NCBI GenBank assembly: GCA_900128565.1
Contig: LT635932.1
Coordinates: 1 to 43,188, forward strand
From: Stramenopiles sp. TOSAG23-6
Lineage: Eukaryota
DNA: 43,188 nt
Direction: 5' to 3'
Made by a program: the position numbers and the translations under genes. Shown here in pieces: positions 12,001-27,000 of this stretch (positions are counted from its first letter, which is position 1; the number at the start of each line of letters is the position of its first letter). The notes below the pieces were generated by a model. The model saw only the letters and a program-made list of their open reading frames with translations, did not search any database and had not been told where the DNA came from.

Positions 12001-15000
12001 CTGGAATGCTTAACAGTGACGACCTATTAGAAAATCTATTGAATGTTGTTGAAAATGAGGAGATATTTAATGGATCGGGTTCCAATGATAATACAGAAGA
12101 TGTGTCGTTGCAAGTTTATACGGATCGTCTTCGGGCAGCAAATGCTTCTTGTGATGGATCTGGTGGCGGAGGATTTTTGAGCTCTGGAAGTACATATTTA
12201 TTGAGTGAGAAAACTGGTGGGGCTTCATTTGTTAATCTAGGTAAAGGGAGCCACAAAGATGGTATTCATTATGGAATGGGTGGGTTTGGTGGTGGCGGTA
12301 GAGGTGGCACAAATTGTGGTGGCGGTGGCGGAGGAATGGTTGGTGGAGATTTTGGTGCAAGTGGAGAAGATGCAACCAACCCTAACGAAATCTCTTCTGA
12401 AAGAGGTGGGCAAGGTGGAACAAATTATGTTAGTCATGTTGCGGAAGAAAACAGTTCAACAGATACGTTGCGTACAGATACACTATATTATGGAAATGGT
12501 TATATTGAGATCAAATTCAGCGATCCGAACCACCCAATCAACAGTTCTTGTATAACTTGTCCTTCAGGTAAATTTTCTGATCCAAATAAATATGAAAGTG
12601 GGAGACCTACTGTAGACTGCAAAGCTCATACTATAATTGTTGATGATTGCAGTAGCCAACAGAAAATATTTATTGCTGGAACTTCAGAAACTGATTCAGA
12701 ATGTTTACTTTGTCCAGCCGGGAAGACATACACATCACATATTGAAGATGATGTTTGGGAAGGATGTGCTGTATGTGCTGTTGGAAAATGGAATCACTAT
12801 AACTATAGAGATCCTGAAAATTGTAGAATCAAAAATAACAAAGCTTCTTGTGAAAGTATGGTAAATTGTGAATGGAAGCGGGAAGACGCGTGTATGGTGG
12901 GAGATATAAATATAGCGTTCTTAAATGTGTGTGTACGTGAAACAGGTGATAGCATTCTCGATAGTATATCAAATGAAAATGATTGTGTTAATCTGGGTCA
13001 TATTTGGCATTTAAGTGGTTCACGTACTGATGGTTGCCCATGGACTAATGCTTGGGCTGAAGGAAATCCAATGTGTGTAGATGATTCATCCTGTGATAAT
13101 CATTCTCAGCAAGATTGTAATGGAACTTCCTATTGTCAGTGGAGTGACACAGACAATATATGTAGCTTACGTGTTGGTTTTTCTCCATGCAATACAACTT
13201 TGAACAGAGACGATTGCAATTCAAAGTCGCTCTGCAAGTGGGATGATGACAATTCAACACTTCCACGCTGTAAAGGAATAAATATACAGCATGCTTGTAG
13301 GAACTGTCCCATTGGTTTTTATATTTCAGACAGTACAAATGCTAGCAAGCACTCTTCAATAATAGAATGCATTGATTGCAGTACTGGTTATTATACTTCG
13401 GACCAAGTCAATTGTACCGCTTGTGTTCCAGGAAAGTACTCATACCATCGAGAAGTGGCTTGTACAAATTGTGAAAAAGGGNTTTTTTCTGCTAATCCTG
13501 GTTCTGCGCAATGTACCCCATGCATTCCTGGTCGTTACACTTCTGATGGAGGAAATTCTGAATGTCGGCTTTGTGAAAATGGCTCTCATACATATAAATT
13601 TAATAAACGGATAAAAGAGGTCTGTCAAAAATGTATTGAGGAAAATCCTGATGACCCTGAAGAGTGTCATTGTGAATACAAATTCAATAAACAGAAAAAA
13701 GAGGTCTGTCAAAAGTGCATTGAAGATAATCCTGATGACTCTAGTGAATGCCATTGTGAATATAATGCATCAAATATCATTTTTTTAAATACTATGTATC
13801 AATCTACAGAACTTTTTAATTTTACAGAAATTCTATTTGATGCATCTGCAGCAGATTATGCAACAGCAATTGAAAACTGTGATGATACAAAACCCGTTCT
13901 CCCCAAAATTGCAGATGGTAATGGTAATGATGAGTTATATTGTAGTCGTGGTGCCTTTGCATGCAGACAGTGTATTGTTGGCAAATACTCGCCCGAATCT
14001 ACTACAAAGTGTATAATATGCCAGGCGGGAAAGTATCACTCATCAAGTGGTCAAAGCGAATGTATTGATTGTCCGATGGGAACTTATAATGATAACCCCG
14101 ATCCTACTAGAGATGCTTCAGAAGTAGCCAAAGTAGAGGAACATATCAATATAACCTCATGTCATATTTGTAAAGGTGGAAAGTATCAACCTAATTTAGG
14201 AGTGGAACGAGAAATCGGTTGCATTTTATGTCCTGCGGGTACAATAAACGAGGATTGGACAAACACAGATTCTGATTATGCATCTGCTAGATCAAATGCA
14301 CTGGCAGAGGGTGGTTCAATTCAGGATTATTTAAACTTTGCTAGTATGTATGATAATGAAATAGATTGTGACTTGTGCCCGCATGGTAAATATTCTACAA
14401 CTATTGGAGCAATGACATTCGCAAATAATTGTATAGATTGTCCTCAAGGATCATGGAATAACGGATATTTGCAGTTACCATATGATGCAACCAAACAGAA
14501 AAAATCGGATTTCCACAATAAACTTGATGACTGCATTGTATGTGAAGCTGGGAAGTACCAAAATATTACTGGGGCTACCGAATGTAAAGTCTGCTTCCAT
14601 GGTAAATTTAATCCTACATCTTATACCAATGATCAAGATCATGTGGCATCTACAGCAAATAATGCCGTTGAAAGAGGCTTTGATTCTCTTGATGATTGTA
14701 AAAATTGTCCTGTTGGTTCACACATTAAAGATCACCAGACGCTTGCAGAAAACCACGACCAACTATCGGATTGTAAAACATGTGTACATGGTGAATGGAT
14801 GTCAACTGGAGGATATAATCAACCTTGTACAAAGTGCTATGCTGGAAGGTACCTTTCTAGTGAGTCATACCCAAGAAGTGCTGATGGCATCGAAGAGAAA
14901 AAACATAATTCGAGATGGGATTGTAAACTTTGCCCTGCAGGCAGGTTTAATGAAACTCCAGGTTCAAAATTTTCCAATCAATGCTTGTCATGTCCAGCAG

Positions 15001-18000
15001 GAAAGTTTATTCTTGAAAGCGAGAAATGTATAATTGATAATGGGGTAGATGTATTTGCTCAGCCAACATGTGTAGAATTGGAGGAGGATAAAAGCTGTTT
15101 CTGTAAAAGTGTTCAGGAGTGTGAAGTAATGAATAGTAATACAGGTGAACATTGTAGTAACTTTGACTCTGAAGAAGCATGTGTTGATTTATCAGTGGGT
15201 TTTCCAATGTATTGCAAGTGGGAGTATTTACCAAGGGCCGTTACACATGAAGTGGAAGGCAAAGTAGTATATTCTGAGTGCTCTAAGGAAGAGCAAATCT
15301 GGTTACCTGTACCAACAAATATGGATGAATGTTTAGGAACCTATTCATCACCACTAGCGGAGACTCGCAACCAAGCCTCTGATTGCATTGTTTGTCCTCC
15401 AGGGAAATATAGTGGTGAAGGCCATGGGGATATTTGCATCGATTGTGAAGCTGGTAAGTTTAATGGCAACACTGTTCCCAGGGCAATGTATCGATTACGA
15501 GAAAGCTGTGAAGCGTGTGCTGCTGGTCAATACGAACCCGAGACAGGACAGACAGAATGCACCAAGTGTGCCGCAGGTAAATATAATCCTTTGACTTATT
15601 CAGAAGACGAATCAGCATGTATATTATGTCCCGACGGGCGATATGCTTCATTCGAAGGTAACACTAGTTTTGAAAGGGAAGATAATTTATCATGTAGATT
15701 ATGCCCAATTGGATATTATATTGGAGGAAAAGGTCAAAGTGAGTGTGTTCCAAAACCCACTGTCCATGGATGGTCAGGTTGGCTCAATGGTTTGTTCAAC
15801 AAAAAAGTCCGATTAACATTCAAAGTAAAACATTTACTGCCACACGAAGCTATGGAAAATCGTAATGATGGTGGCACTCCAGAGGAAGGTACATATTACT
15901 GGACAATGTTGCCGTATATTAAATTTACTACAAATGAGTGCAACTCATCAGATACTTTTGATGATGCTACTGATGGTTTACATGGCGAGCTACAATATTC
16001 TAGTTCAACTGAAGCTTACATTGATCTACAACCAATAGAAAAATGTGTACCATCTGTGGGTATTGACAAGGGAGTATTTTTTTCAAGAAATGTTACAAAA
16101 GAAAATTGTGAGAAAAGTTTCAAATTTGGATGTATTGTTCAAGGTCAAAATATATCAGATAAGGACACATGTTTAGAAAGATTAACTGATGAAAATGGTG
16201 TATTGGTTTTAAGGAAAAGATCTGGTGATAAGAACGAATGTTTATCTAAAGGTCTGCTATGGGTACCAAAATTCAGTGGTGAAAAAACATGTCCATCTCC
16301 TGCTGAATGGAAGAAGATTTTCGGTGTTTGGGGGCACCATCCTAGAAACGATCACAATTTGTGCTGGACTAATTACTACCCAACAACGAGATGGAACGAT
16401 GTTCGGTACGCTTTCCCTCAAGGTCAAAGTCTGCATGGGATTGGACCGTACCAGAAGTTGCCCAATTATCATTGGAATGCTAATATTTGTAGACTTGATG
16501 AGCCACCAGAAGATGTGACAGGTGATGATTTAGCTGCATATTTAGTAGCCAAGTGTACTAAATGTTTTAATGATGTGGTAACTGATGATATAAATATGGG
16601 AGGAGAACTTGTTATGAAAGATAATAGATGTGAATTAACATCCCCACCTTATTGGACTACTCCTTTTGTATATGATCGAGTAGCTTTACAAATAGTCTCA
16701 GTAGGTGACATAATCGTTGCTAAAGCACCTGAAGCATATGGGCTTGATATGAACTTGGAAAATGTCACAGAATATATGTTTTATTATAGATATGAAACAC
16801 CTGGAATAGTTGGTAAGTGTATGGTAAGAGATTCAAATGAAAATCTTGTCGACATTGAATCACAAAATGTATGTGTAGGCCCTAATGCAATTATCAATGA
16901 GGATTGGGATACAAAAGATGCTTGTGAGGAAAATGATGGTATATGGCATCTTATGAACACAAAAGAGGCTGGGTGTCCTTGGTGTATAATTGACAATGAA
17001 GACATACACAACAAATCTGTGTGTGTACAAGCTCCTAATTTTACAAGTCTTTTAAAAGATAGGAGTGAAAGTAACTGCGCAACTAATATCAATGGAAAAA
17101 AAGGTATTTGGAAGAAACCGAGTGATGCTTGCCGATGGTGTTTATTAGATAATGGATTTAATATTATGTCTGGTTCAGGTCAACATTGTGTAAAGCTTGA
17201 TTTTTCTAAAGTTATACCTAATCGTACTATATCCAATTGCTCCACTGGTGACGAGGTTGGACTATGGTATATTAATGGCGAAAATCCTCTTAATGTATGT
17301 GTAAAGTCTGACTCAAAAGCAATTGAAGATGCAGATGATAAAAGTTGCGCAACAGGAGAATTTGCTGGGTACTATTTAAAACGTGAGAAAGGTCTTGTAA
17401 CATCCCAATGTGTCGATCGAACACGAGTGGACCAATCTGGTGGAATGCCACCAAATCCAGCAGCTGTCAATTTGTCTGAAACTGATTGTGCAACATATTC
17501 AGGGTATGATTGGATAGATGCTGGTAGAGGTATCATTGATTGTAAAACAAGAGCATCATGGCAAGAAATCAAGTACATTGACTGGCAATTATCACAAGTT
17601 ATTGTTGATGGGAAAGTCGTCCCCAATGTAGGAGGTGTTCAAATTATTGATGGGCTTTTAAATCAACAGGGTATTGAAGTGAAAGTTGTAGCCATAAATG
17701 GAATGAGTGGTGACAATTTGGATGAATTGCTCGCTACTAAATCTAGTCACACGCTTGAGGTGCTTATGGAAGTTGTACCCCCTTCTCCGCCAACATGGAG
17801 TAAGAAAAATCCTGTTGTGAAACACCGCAATGAAGAAATTCATTTCATAGACTTGGACTTGACATTTAAATGTCCTTTTGATGGTGGTCGCGATATTAGA
17901 AGATTTACATTTAACATCAATGGCGAGGATGTGATCCCCCCCCCTCCACCACTGGAAGTACCATGTAAAAAGGACTCAGAACTAAATTACATTCTCAAAA

Positions 18001-21000
18001 CTACGCAATCCGGGAAATTTTCACTAAAGATGAGAGCAACTAATGGCCCATTACCATCAGATTGGGGTGCATATAGCACAGTACAACAAGTAGAGGTATG
18101 TGGTAAAGGTACATTCTACAATAGCAATACAGATTCTTGTGATGATTGCCCACAAGGAAGATATAATCAAACTGGGTTACAACAACGAGAGTGTATAGAA
18201 TGTGAAGCTGGTTTCTATTGTCCTGCAACCCCTGAAGGTAGAATTACACCTGAACCATGTGGAGGTATACCAGGGAGTTATTGTGAGGCTGGAAGCCATG
18301 CCCTTGGTTCATGTCCTCGTGGCTTTTATTGTACCAAGGGAAAATTCAAGCACTCTTGTGATCCACCATATGATCGCGCATGTATGGTGGGTGGTGTAAA
18401 TATTGCAATGAAAAATATATGTGTAAATCTATCAGGTTCTGGTATTCTTGATGATATCTCAAACCAAGAGGACTGTGAAGAAGCTTCTGGAATTTGGCAT
18501 ACCCGTGGTTCAGGTGCTAGTGGTTGCTCATGGAATAAAGCTTGGGTTAAAGTAGAAGATGAGGATTCTCAGATAAGTTGTAATGACTCTGATACATCTA
18601 GGTGTAAAGCTTTATATTGCCCAAGTAATTCTTCTCGCCCAGAAGTTTGTACAGCTGGGTCATATTGCTACACATCATCTACTAAAGTCTCTTGTGGAGG
18701 TAACGGTAATCATTGTCCTCAAGGGTCATGGGAAATATCATCGTGTCCTATTGGACATTACTGTCCAACGTCTTCAAAAATGTATCCATGTGAATGGATT
18801 CCAGCTGGAACTGGAAATGATCGATGTCTACCATTCTGCGATTCCGTTGAACAAAAATTCAGATTGATAAGTCCGGATATTGGGTGGATTTGTGAAGGTG
18901 CAAACCGAGTCCCAAAGAAATGTGATGCAGGGTTCTACTGTGATGGTGGCGATAGAAAGTATTCATGTGATTATCCCTTTTCTGGTTGTATGATTGGAAA
19001 CGAATATCATCCGGAATATACAGATGATTCAACTTGTGAAGGCAAGGGTGGTGAATATTCCGCTTTTGAATACGATGAAAGTGATAAAGGAATACAAAAT
19101 AAGTATTTTAAGGCTGGTAATGAAGAAAGTATTGAATTGGCATTTTATTGTGAAAAGGGATCATCAGAACCCAAAATTTGCCCCGAAGGCTATTTTTGTT
19201 CAACATCTGAAAAAAAGGAAAGATGTTCTGCTAGTGGTTCATATTGCCAGGCTGGTAGAAAATCAGCTGAAATATGTAGAGCAGGATATTTTTGCCCAGA
19301 TTCAAAGACATCCATTAGTTGTGAAGATTCAGGAGATAAAAGGTGGTTGTGTAATGCTGGATCAGCTGTAAGAACCCCATGTCCACCAGGTTATACATGC
19401 CCAAATGCAAAAACAAAAGAAGCTTGTCCACAAGGTTTTTACTGTCCAGGAGGCGTTGCACCTAAATCGTGTGTATATTCTGATGATATTGAGGACGAAA
19501 ATATCATTGAAGAGTTTGCATTTTACTGTCCACCAGGAGCATCAAAGCCTCAGAAGTGCCCTCGGGGTAATTATTGTACGCTGGGTTATAAATTACACTC
19601 TTGTCATTCATACAACGTTGATACATGTATGGTATCGGGTGTAAATATAGCAGCACAAGATATATGTGTATCTGAGAGCATGGAATTAAAAGATGAAATG
19701 TCAGAGGCCGATTGTGTTGGGAGATATACATGGCATAAAAAAAATATTGGTCAGAGTGGATGTATGTGGTGTGGAGTAGGTTCTGTTGACATTCATGATA
19801 AGAGTGTATGTGTAAGTATTGATGGTAAAAATATTCTTAAGCGAGCAGATCGTAATGCATGTGAAGATCCATCAGACGGACAAGATAAAGGTGTTTGGCA
19901 CGTTGCTGGAGGTGAATGTCTGTGGCCATCCTGGTATATTGCAAAAATGCCTGAAGAAGCTAGATATTGTCCTCCTGGATCAAAAACATACAAAATATGC
20001 TCAAAAGGGCATTATTGCGAAGATGCAAATGCAGAAGTTGCATGCCAAGCAGGTAATTTAGACCAACGTGCATATTACTGTAAAAAGGGTTCTTTTTCTA
20101 TGAAACTATGTCCTGCGGGGAGTTTTTGTCCATCAAATATTGAAAAATATTCATGTGTATGGAACGAAGCTGAAGGTGCTGAAAATGCAATTGAGCTGAA
20201 AAATCCAGATAAGCGGTGGTTTTGTAAAGAAGGTTCGGAAATACCAATTCCCTGTCCGGGTGGAAAAGTGTGTGGTGAATTTGCATCTTCACAGGAAGAC
20301 TGCCCAAGTGGGTTCTATTGTCCGGGTGGGGAAGCTCCGATTAGTTGTGCAATAAATACCAACAACAAGGCATTTTACTGCCCCAAAGGATCTTCAGAAA
20401 AAACGTTGTGCCCTAAAGGCTATTATTGTGAATCAGGAACAAACAAATATCCATGTGATGCACCTTTTCATCATACATGTATGGTTGCAGGGGTGAATAT
20501 AAATCCATTAGACATATGCGTTGATGCGAAGGGAGAATACTTAATGACTGAAATTTCAGAAAAGAAATTATGTTCTGGTGTTTGGCATACTAAATGGAGT
20601 GGGGCAAAGGGTTGTACTTGGGCTTGGTGTATTGTTGCAGGCCAAAATATTCATGATAGGGACGTTTGTGTTAATGATGATCATTCGAATATCTTAGAAA
20701 GAAATGAAGCTACATGTACAGATGTCATTGATGGTGTATTTGGAAGTTGGCATAATATTGGCGATACTTGTAAATATAATTATATAACATCTTGGTCGGA
20801 ATCAATAGATTCAACAAATCCTATTGGAGAATGTAACAATCCAGCTTATTCGACTCCAAATGAATGCCTAGTATATGGTGGGATATGGACTGCTCTGCCA
20901 AATTCTCACGAGTGGACAAAAGGAAAAGGAATTGATCTATATTATTATTGCCCGGAGGGTTCAAGTACATACGAGCCTTGTGCGTTTGGTCATTATTGTC

Positions 21001-24000
21001 CAACCGCAAGCATACAAATTCCTTGTTTGAGTGAGATTGGTATTTCATGCCCACCAGGAGTTAATAAACCACTTTTATGCGAAGCGGGGTATCATTGTAA
21101 AACACCAATGCATAGAGCATCATGTGAATGGGATGCCAATTTAACAGGTGAGGAAATGGCAGAGCAAGAAAACACATTGAAAACACCAGACGATGCGTGG
21201 TTTTGTCCCCCAGGCACTAAAATTATAGCCAATTCTGAGTGTCCAAGTGCTTATTATTGTACAGAAGGGATGTACAAACATCGATGTGATGCGCCATTTG
21301 AAACGTGTTCCATTGATGAAAGAAAGACTGAGTCAGAATGCATTTGGGGTTTATTCAATGATTATACAATTGAAGCTACTGATTCAAAATATGATGGTTG
21401 TACTTCTACAAGTGATACTACAGCATGTGATCATTTTTGTAATGTATGGACATTGATTGGTTCATTAGATGATTGTAAAGTTAAATGTGGTAATTTAACA
21501 GATTGTATCGGCTTTGACATGACAACTGATGTGTGTATTGTTGCCAACGAAGATATTACACATAAACATAAATGTATTGCTACTGATGGCCAAAGTTTTA
21601 TTGAAGTCAATACGAAAGTTGATTGTGAAAACGGTTCTGGAATCTGGCATGAACGAGGTGGAGGAAAAGAAGGATGCAAGTACTGCTTTGTTGGGGGCGA
21701 AGATATCTCAAAAATTGATGTATGTCTAAGTGCGGATGGAAATACTATTTTAGGCCGCGATGAAACGGATTGTGCTGGTACTTGGAATCTTAGTGGAACT
21801 TGTCAATCACCATCTTGGATAACAAATACGTTTTGTATTGGTAAGATGGCAGACTGCTCTCTAGCGGAACCAAATATACTTTACAATGGTTACACTCCAT
21901 ATACTAAGGTAGAAGAGTATACCCAAGAAGATCCAGGTAGAAAGTTTAGCGTGTGTGACAATTGTGGTAATGATTGTCAAGCATGGGACCCTACCCCTAA
22001 ATGCAGCATCGAAGAGTGTAAATCTAGGTGTAATAATGATCCATATTGTTATGGTATCCAAACAACACCTATAGATGTGTGCATGGTTGGAGATGTTGAC
22101 ATATCACAAGAAAGTGTTTGTGTTCAGGGTGGTGTTTCAATATTGAATGATGACGACATTGACGAGATTGCTTGTGAAGAAGGTGGTAATGTGTGGCATC
22201 GAACAGGTAGTGGTGAGAATGGATGCTTGTGGTGCATTGTTGATGGTATAGATATTCACGATGAGGACATATGTGTCAGCATCGATGGAAAATCTTTTCT
22301 CTCACGAAAAGACCCGGGTGATTGCGAAAATCCAGAGTCAGATGATGCAGTTGCTGGTATATGGCATTCCGAAGGGGGAAAATGTAACTGGCCTTCATGG
22401 TATTCTACTTTTGATTGTAAAGGAGTATACAAAACTTGTAAATTAGGAGCTTCAGGTAGTAATAAGAGTGTTATTTCGTATACTCGTCGAATAGAAAGTA
22501 ACATTGGTAAGTGGCTGAAACCAGAAGAGGGTAATCCAGATTTTGATAGAAATAAAGCACACTACTGTCCAGCGAAATCCAAAGTCCCCCAACGTTGTGC
22601 CCAAAACCATTTTTGCCCCGATTCCAAATTCCAGTTTGAATGTGCAGCGGAAGGTAATCCAGGCGGTATTTTCTGCCAAGAAGGCTCATTTGAGGCTAGA
22701 CCGTGTGACTCAGGAAGTTTTTGTCCCGATTCAAACACCAAAACAAGTTGTGTATGGGATACACAAAACCCTAAAAATAATGATGCAGAGAATCTTGTAG
22801 ATGCAGAACACGAATGGTACTGCCCACCAAGCTCCAATAAACCTATTCCGTGTCCTGGTGGTCATCAATGTGAAGGCGCAAAACAAATTATTCCTTGTCC
22901 TGTAGGAAGCTACTGCAGTGAAGGAAAATCAGCAATAGAGTGTGTAAATTCTGATAGTTCAACCGGGGGTTTTTACTGTCCATTGATGAGCGAGGAAGAA
23001 CAATTTTGTCATGCTGGATTCTATTGTAAAACTCCGACTGAGAAATTCAGTTGTGATTTCCCGTATATTCAAGGTACATGTGTGAAGGACACTAGATATT
23101 GGCCAACTTCAGGAAATCTCCCAGAAGCAAGTGACTTGAATCATTGCAAATCTCTTAATGGAAATTGGCAATATAAAACTGACGAAAATATTGCTAGATG
23201 TATGCTTCCTAATGGCGCCGATGTTGTCCAAAATAGAAACACCCCAACTCTTTGTGAATCTCCTGGTAGTGATGGATTAGTAGGTGTATGGACTCGTGCA
23301 ACATTAGCACGATATTGTCCTCAAGGTTCAAAAACACCAAATGTTAAATGTGAAGCCGGTTTCTATTGCCCAAAGTCAGATACAAAGATTCAATGTACAG
23401 ATTCTACAAGTTATTGTCCCGAAGGATCTTACGAACAAAAAAAATGCCCAGTCGGACATGTTTGTCCAAAGGGTTGTCTACGCAAGTTTACAAACAACGA
23501 GAGAATTCCCGATAGATTGTGCCCGGATCCAAATTCTAAGGGTACTTGTATATTAGATATACCTGGAGGAATTTATCTTTTAGATTTATCAATAACTGTA
23601 TCGTCTGATTGCACCAGTGGAGATGGAAATTCAGAAAATATTTGGCTTGGTTCAACCCTGGCAATATCGTGTATGTATTCCTCGGGTGGGTTATCACAAC
23701 AATATTTAGATGCAATTATAATGTCTATGTTCAATGACAATATTGATAATTATAATAGGTTGTCACTTCAAAATGGTATTTTAGGACATGCTATAAAAAG
23801 AGATGGCTCTGTCAAATGTTCTGACAAGAGAGAAGACGACAGTGGAAATAAATATACACAACGTCTTATTATCCTTGATGATCAACAATGGCATTGTGAT
23901 GATGGTCGGTATCTTATTGAATACAAGTATCGTCGTTGGTCATGCTTAGATGTACTAAATGCAAACGAGAAGAAAAAAGAAAAAGGTGCCGTGGGCAGAA

Positions 24001-27000
24001 ACGTCTTTACTTTAGACGAATGTCAAAATTTGATAGAATTTGAAGATCGTCAATGGTATTGTCCAAAGGGGAGTCAAATACCATTGCTTTGCAGTAATGG
24101 ATTTCGATGTCCAAATGCGAGCTCTGTAAGTAGATGTGAAGCGGGTAATTATTGCGCCGAAGGTCTATTTCCATCCACATGCATATATGATAAGGATTTA
24201 CCTGATGCTTCACTGCAACCACCTACTGCTTGGTTTTGTGAAGCAGGAACAGGTGATATTCTTGAAAGAGATTCCGATTATGCTTGTGTATATAATATCT
24301 TTCATCCAGAATCTAAAAGGGGTGGGCTAGCTGAGTTTACTGCTAAAATCGATATTACTGGCTATAATGTATGTGTACAGAATGGCACACTAAAAACCGT
24401 ATTAGGCAATGTTTTCACAAAAGAAGAATGTGATGGAGTTACAAATGGATACTGGCACGAGAAATATACCGGTGTAAGTGGATGCCAGGAACCATTTGTA
24501 TGGGAGCAACCCCAAAAACTAGTTCGCATCTGCCCTGCTGGGTACTATTGTTCTAAGGGGAAAGTTAAAATATCATGTGAATATCCATACTATGATAAGT
24601 TTTTCAAGGCATGTGATATTAATGGAATTATAGATTATAATATTACAGACTCCACTTCCTGTGTGAATCAAAATGGGGTTCTCAAAGAAATTGAAGAGAG
24701 ACGTGGTAGACATGAACCCGGGAATCCAAGACTTGGTCGTTGTTTTGTCGGTAATCGTGATGTTACAGAGGAAAGACCTGTACCGAGCATGTGTACTGCT
24801 GACCCTGATGGCATTGGTGGTGTTTGGGTTGCAGAGGAATTAACCAGATATTGTCCACCTGGATCAAGCACACCCGGAATTTGTGCAGCTGGATTCTATT
24901 GTCCTAAACCTATCGTAAAACTGCCTTGTAAAAATGATGGAACCTTTTGTCCTGCTGGTACAATGACACCTGGGATTTGCCCCGAAGGATATTATTGTGA
25001 ATACGCAAGACAGAAAATGAGTTGTCAATGGGATGATGATGTCTCTGATTCAAATTTGATAGACAATACTAGATCTTGGTATTGTGTTGAAAAATCCCAA
25101 TCACCTGAGCCTTGTCCTGCTGCACATTTTTGTAAGGAAGCAATAAGTTATGAGGGATGCCCTATAGGCTACTTTTGTGAAGAGGGCAGATTTAAGAAGA
25201 CATGTAACCCGATATTAGAGGAAGATGATTCAGTAACGTGCGTAGAAGGAAGCACAAAAGCAGATGAAGTTTGCCCGGAAGATTTTTTTTGTTTGGGTGA
25301 AAAATGCAAGCCTCAGTCTTTCTATTGTATGGCTGGAAGTGGTGAAAAAACATTATGCCCGGCCGGATATTATTGTGAAGAAGGCAAAAACAAATATTCG
25401 TGTGATTATCCATTTTATGGGTGTATGATTGGTGTAAATGGAGAAAACTCCATACATTTAGGCAAAGATACATGTGGTGATGCTGTCGACGAAGCGAAAC
25501 TTTTGAATGATATAAGCTATTGTGAAGTCACAGATATTCTGCTAGGCAATACTACTTATGCCCACATGGGTCGAAGTCCAAATTCTTGTACAATTGCTGG
25601 TATATGGGATACAAGTGGTAAAATACCAATATGCATTGAAGATTCTGCAACTCCGTCAAATTCTACAATGAAACTTTTGTCAGTACGGACAGAAGCTGAT
25701 TGTGTAGTTTCAGGAACTTGGCAAGAGCGTACTGTAGTATCTCCGCGTTCAAAAGAAGACTGTGAGCGCATTCTTTGGTATGATTACACTAAAGAAATCC
25801 GAAAAGCTACAATACAGTTTCCATTCAAACCTATATTGAAACCAAGTGGTATATGGTACGAGGCACGGCTAACTAGAGAAGAATGCGAAATGCCAGTAAT
25901 TCAAGTACCTGAAAATTGGAGCTATAAAGATATTAGAGGGTATTGGTCTGATAATTTACAAGGGCCGGGTGATCCCATTGTAGCACCAGGTGGATTGTAT
26001 TATGGTCGAGCTTATCAATGTAATGCAGGTACAGGATATCCAATACCATGTGACGTTGGATATGAGTGTCCTGACTCAACAACCAAAAATGAATGTGTAG
26101 GTCAGGGTAGATATTGTGGTGTACGAGGTGAAGAGGGATCAAAAATCGCTGGCTGGAGAAAGTCGGTTCTTTGTCCTGAGGGGTTCTATTGTACTACAAC
26201 AAAAATGAAAGTAAAATGTCAAGGTATTGAATTCTGTGCTGCTGGGCAATTTAGACCATTAGAATGCCCAACTTGGAACAATGTTAAATTAGTTACAGGT
26301 GATGCTATAGGTGGTGATCGGAGTAGATGCGAATGCCCTGTATCTTTTTATTCTTTTATTGGTGCTGATACACCATATTGGTCTGGTAGTTGGGATGAGG
26401 ACTGCGCACGCGAGGCAAAAAAAATTAAAGATGCTGGCCCTGATTCTAGAATAAGTAGTGCACAGCCATGTCCGTCAACTAGAACTTTTCAGCTTAAGTA
26501 CACAGATAAGTATTTTAATGATACTTACTTTGAGTATGCAGATGATTGTAATGGGCGAAGACCCAAAGATGCGACATTTGGTCTTCGTACTACACAAAAG
26601 TTGTTTAATTGCAATGATACAGGGGCTGCAGTGACTGGGCTATCGATTAATGTAGAGGCTCTTATAGGAACCGATACATGGGCGCAAAAGTGTTCACCGT
26701 GTCCTCAAGGAGCCCGCTGTGATAAATATGGTCTTTCATTACAAACTGCTGCACCAGATAGAAAGATTCATCTCGTACCATGTTTGGGTAATCCATATAC
26801 TTTGGGATCATGCGAAGAACCACTTCCAGGTATCGAAAAGGGCGAACAAATCAATGGATACTGGCAAGACCCAGTACTACTGCGTCAACATCCAGACTGG
26901 TTTTGCCCAAAGGAAGTCACTGATGATTGCAATGATAATCCATGCGTTGAATGTAAATGTGCACCAGATCCGTTGGCACAAAAGGCCTATCGTGATTGTA

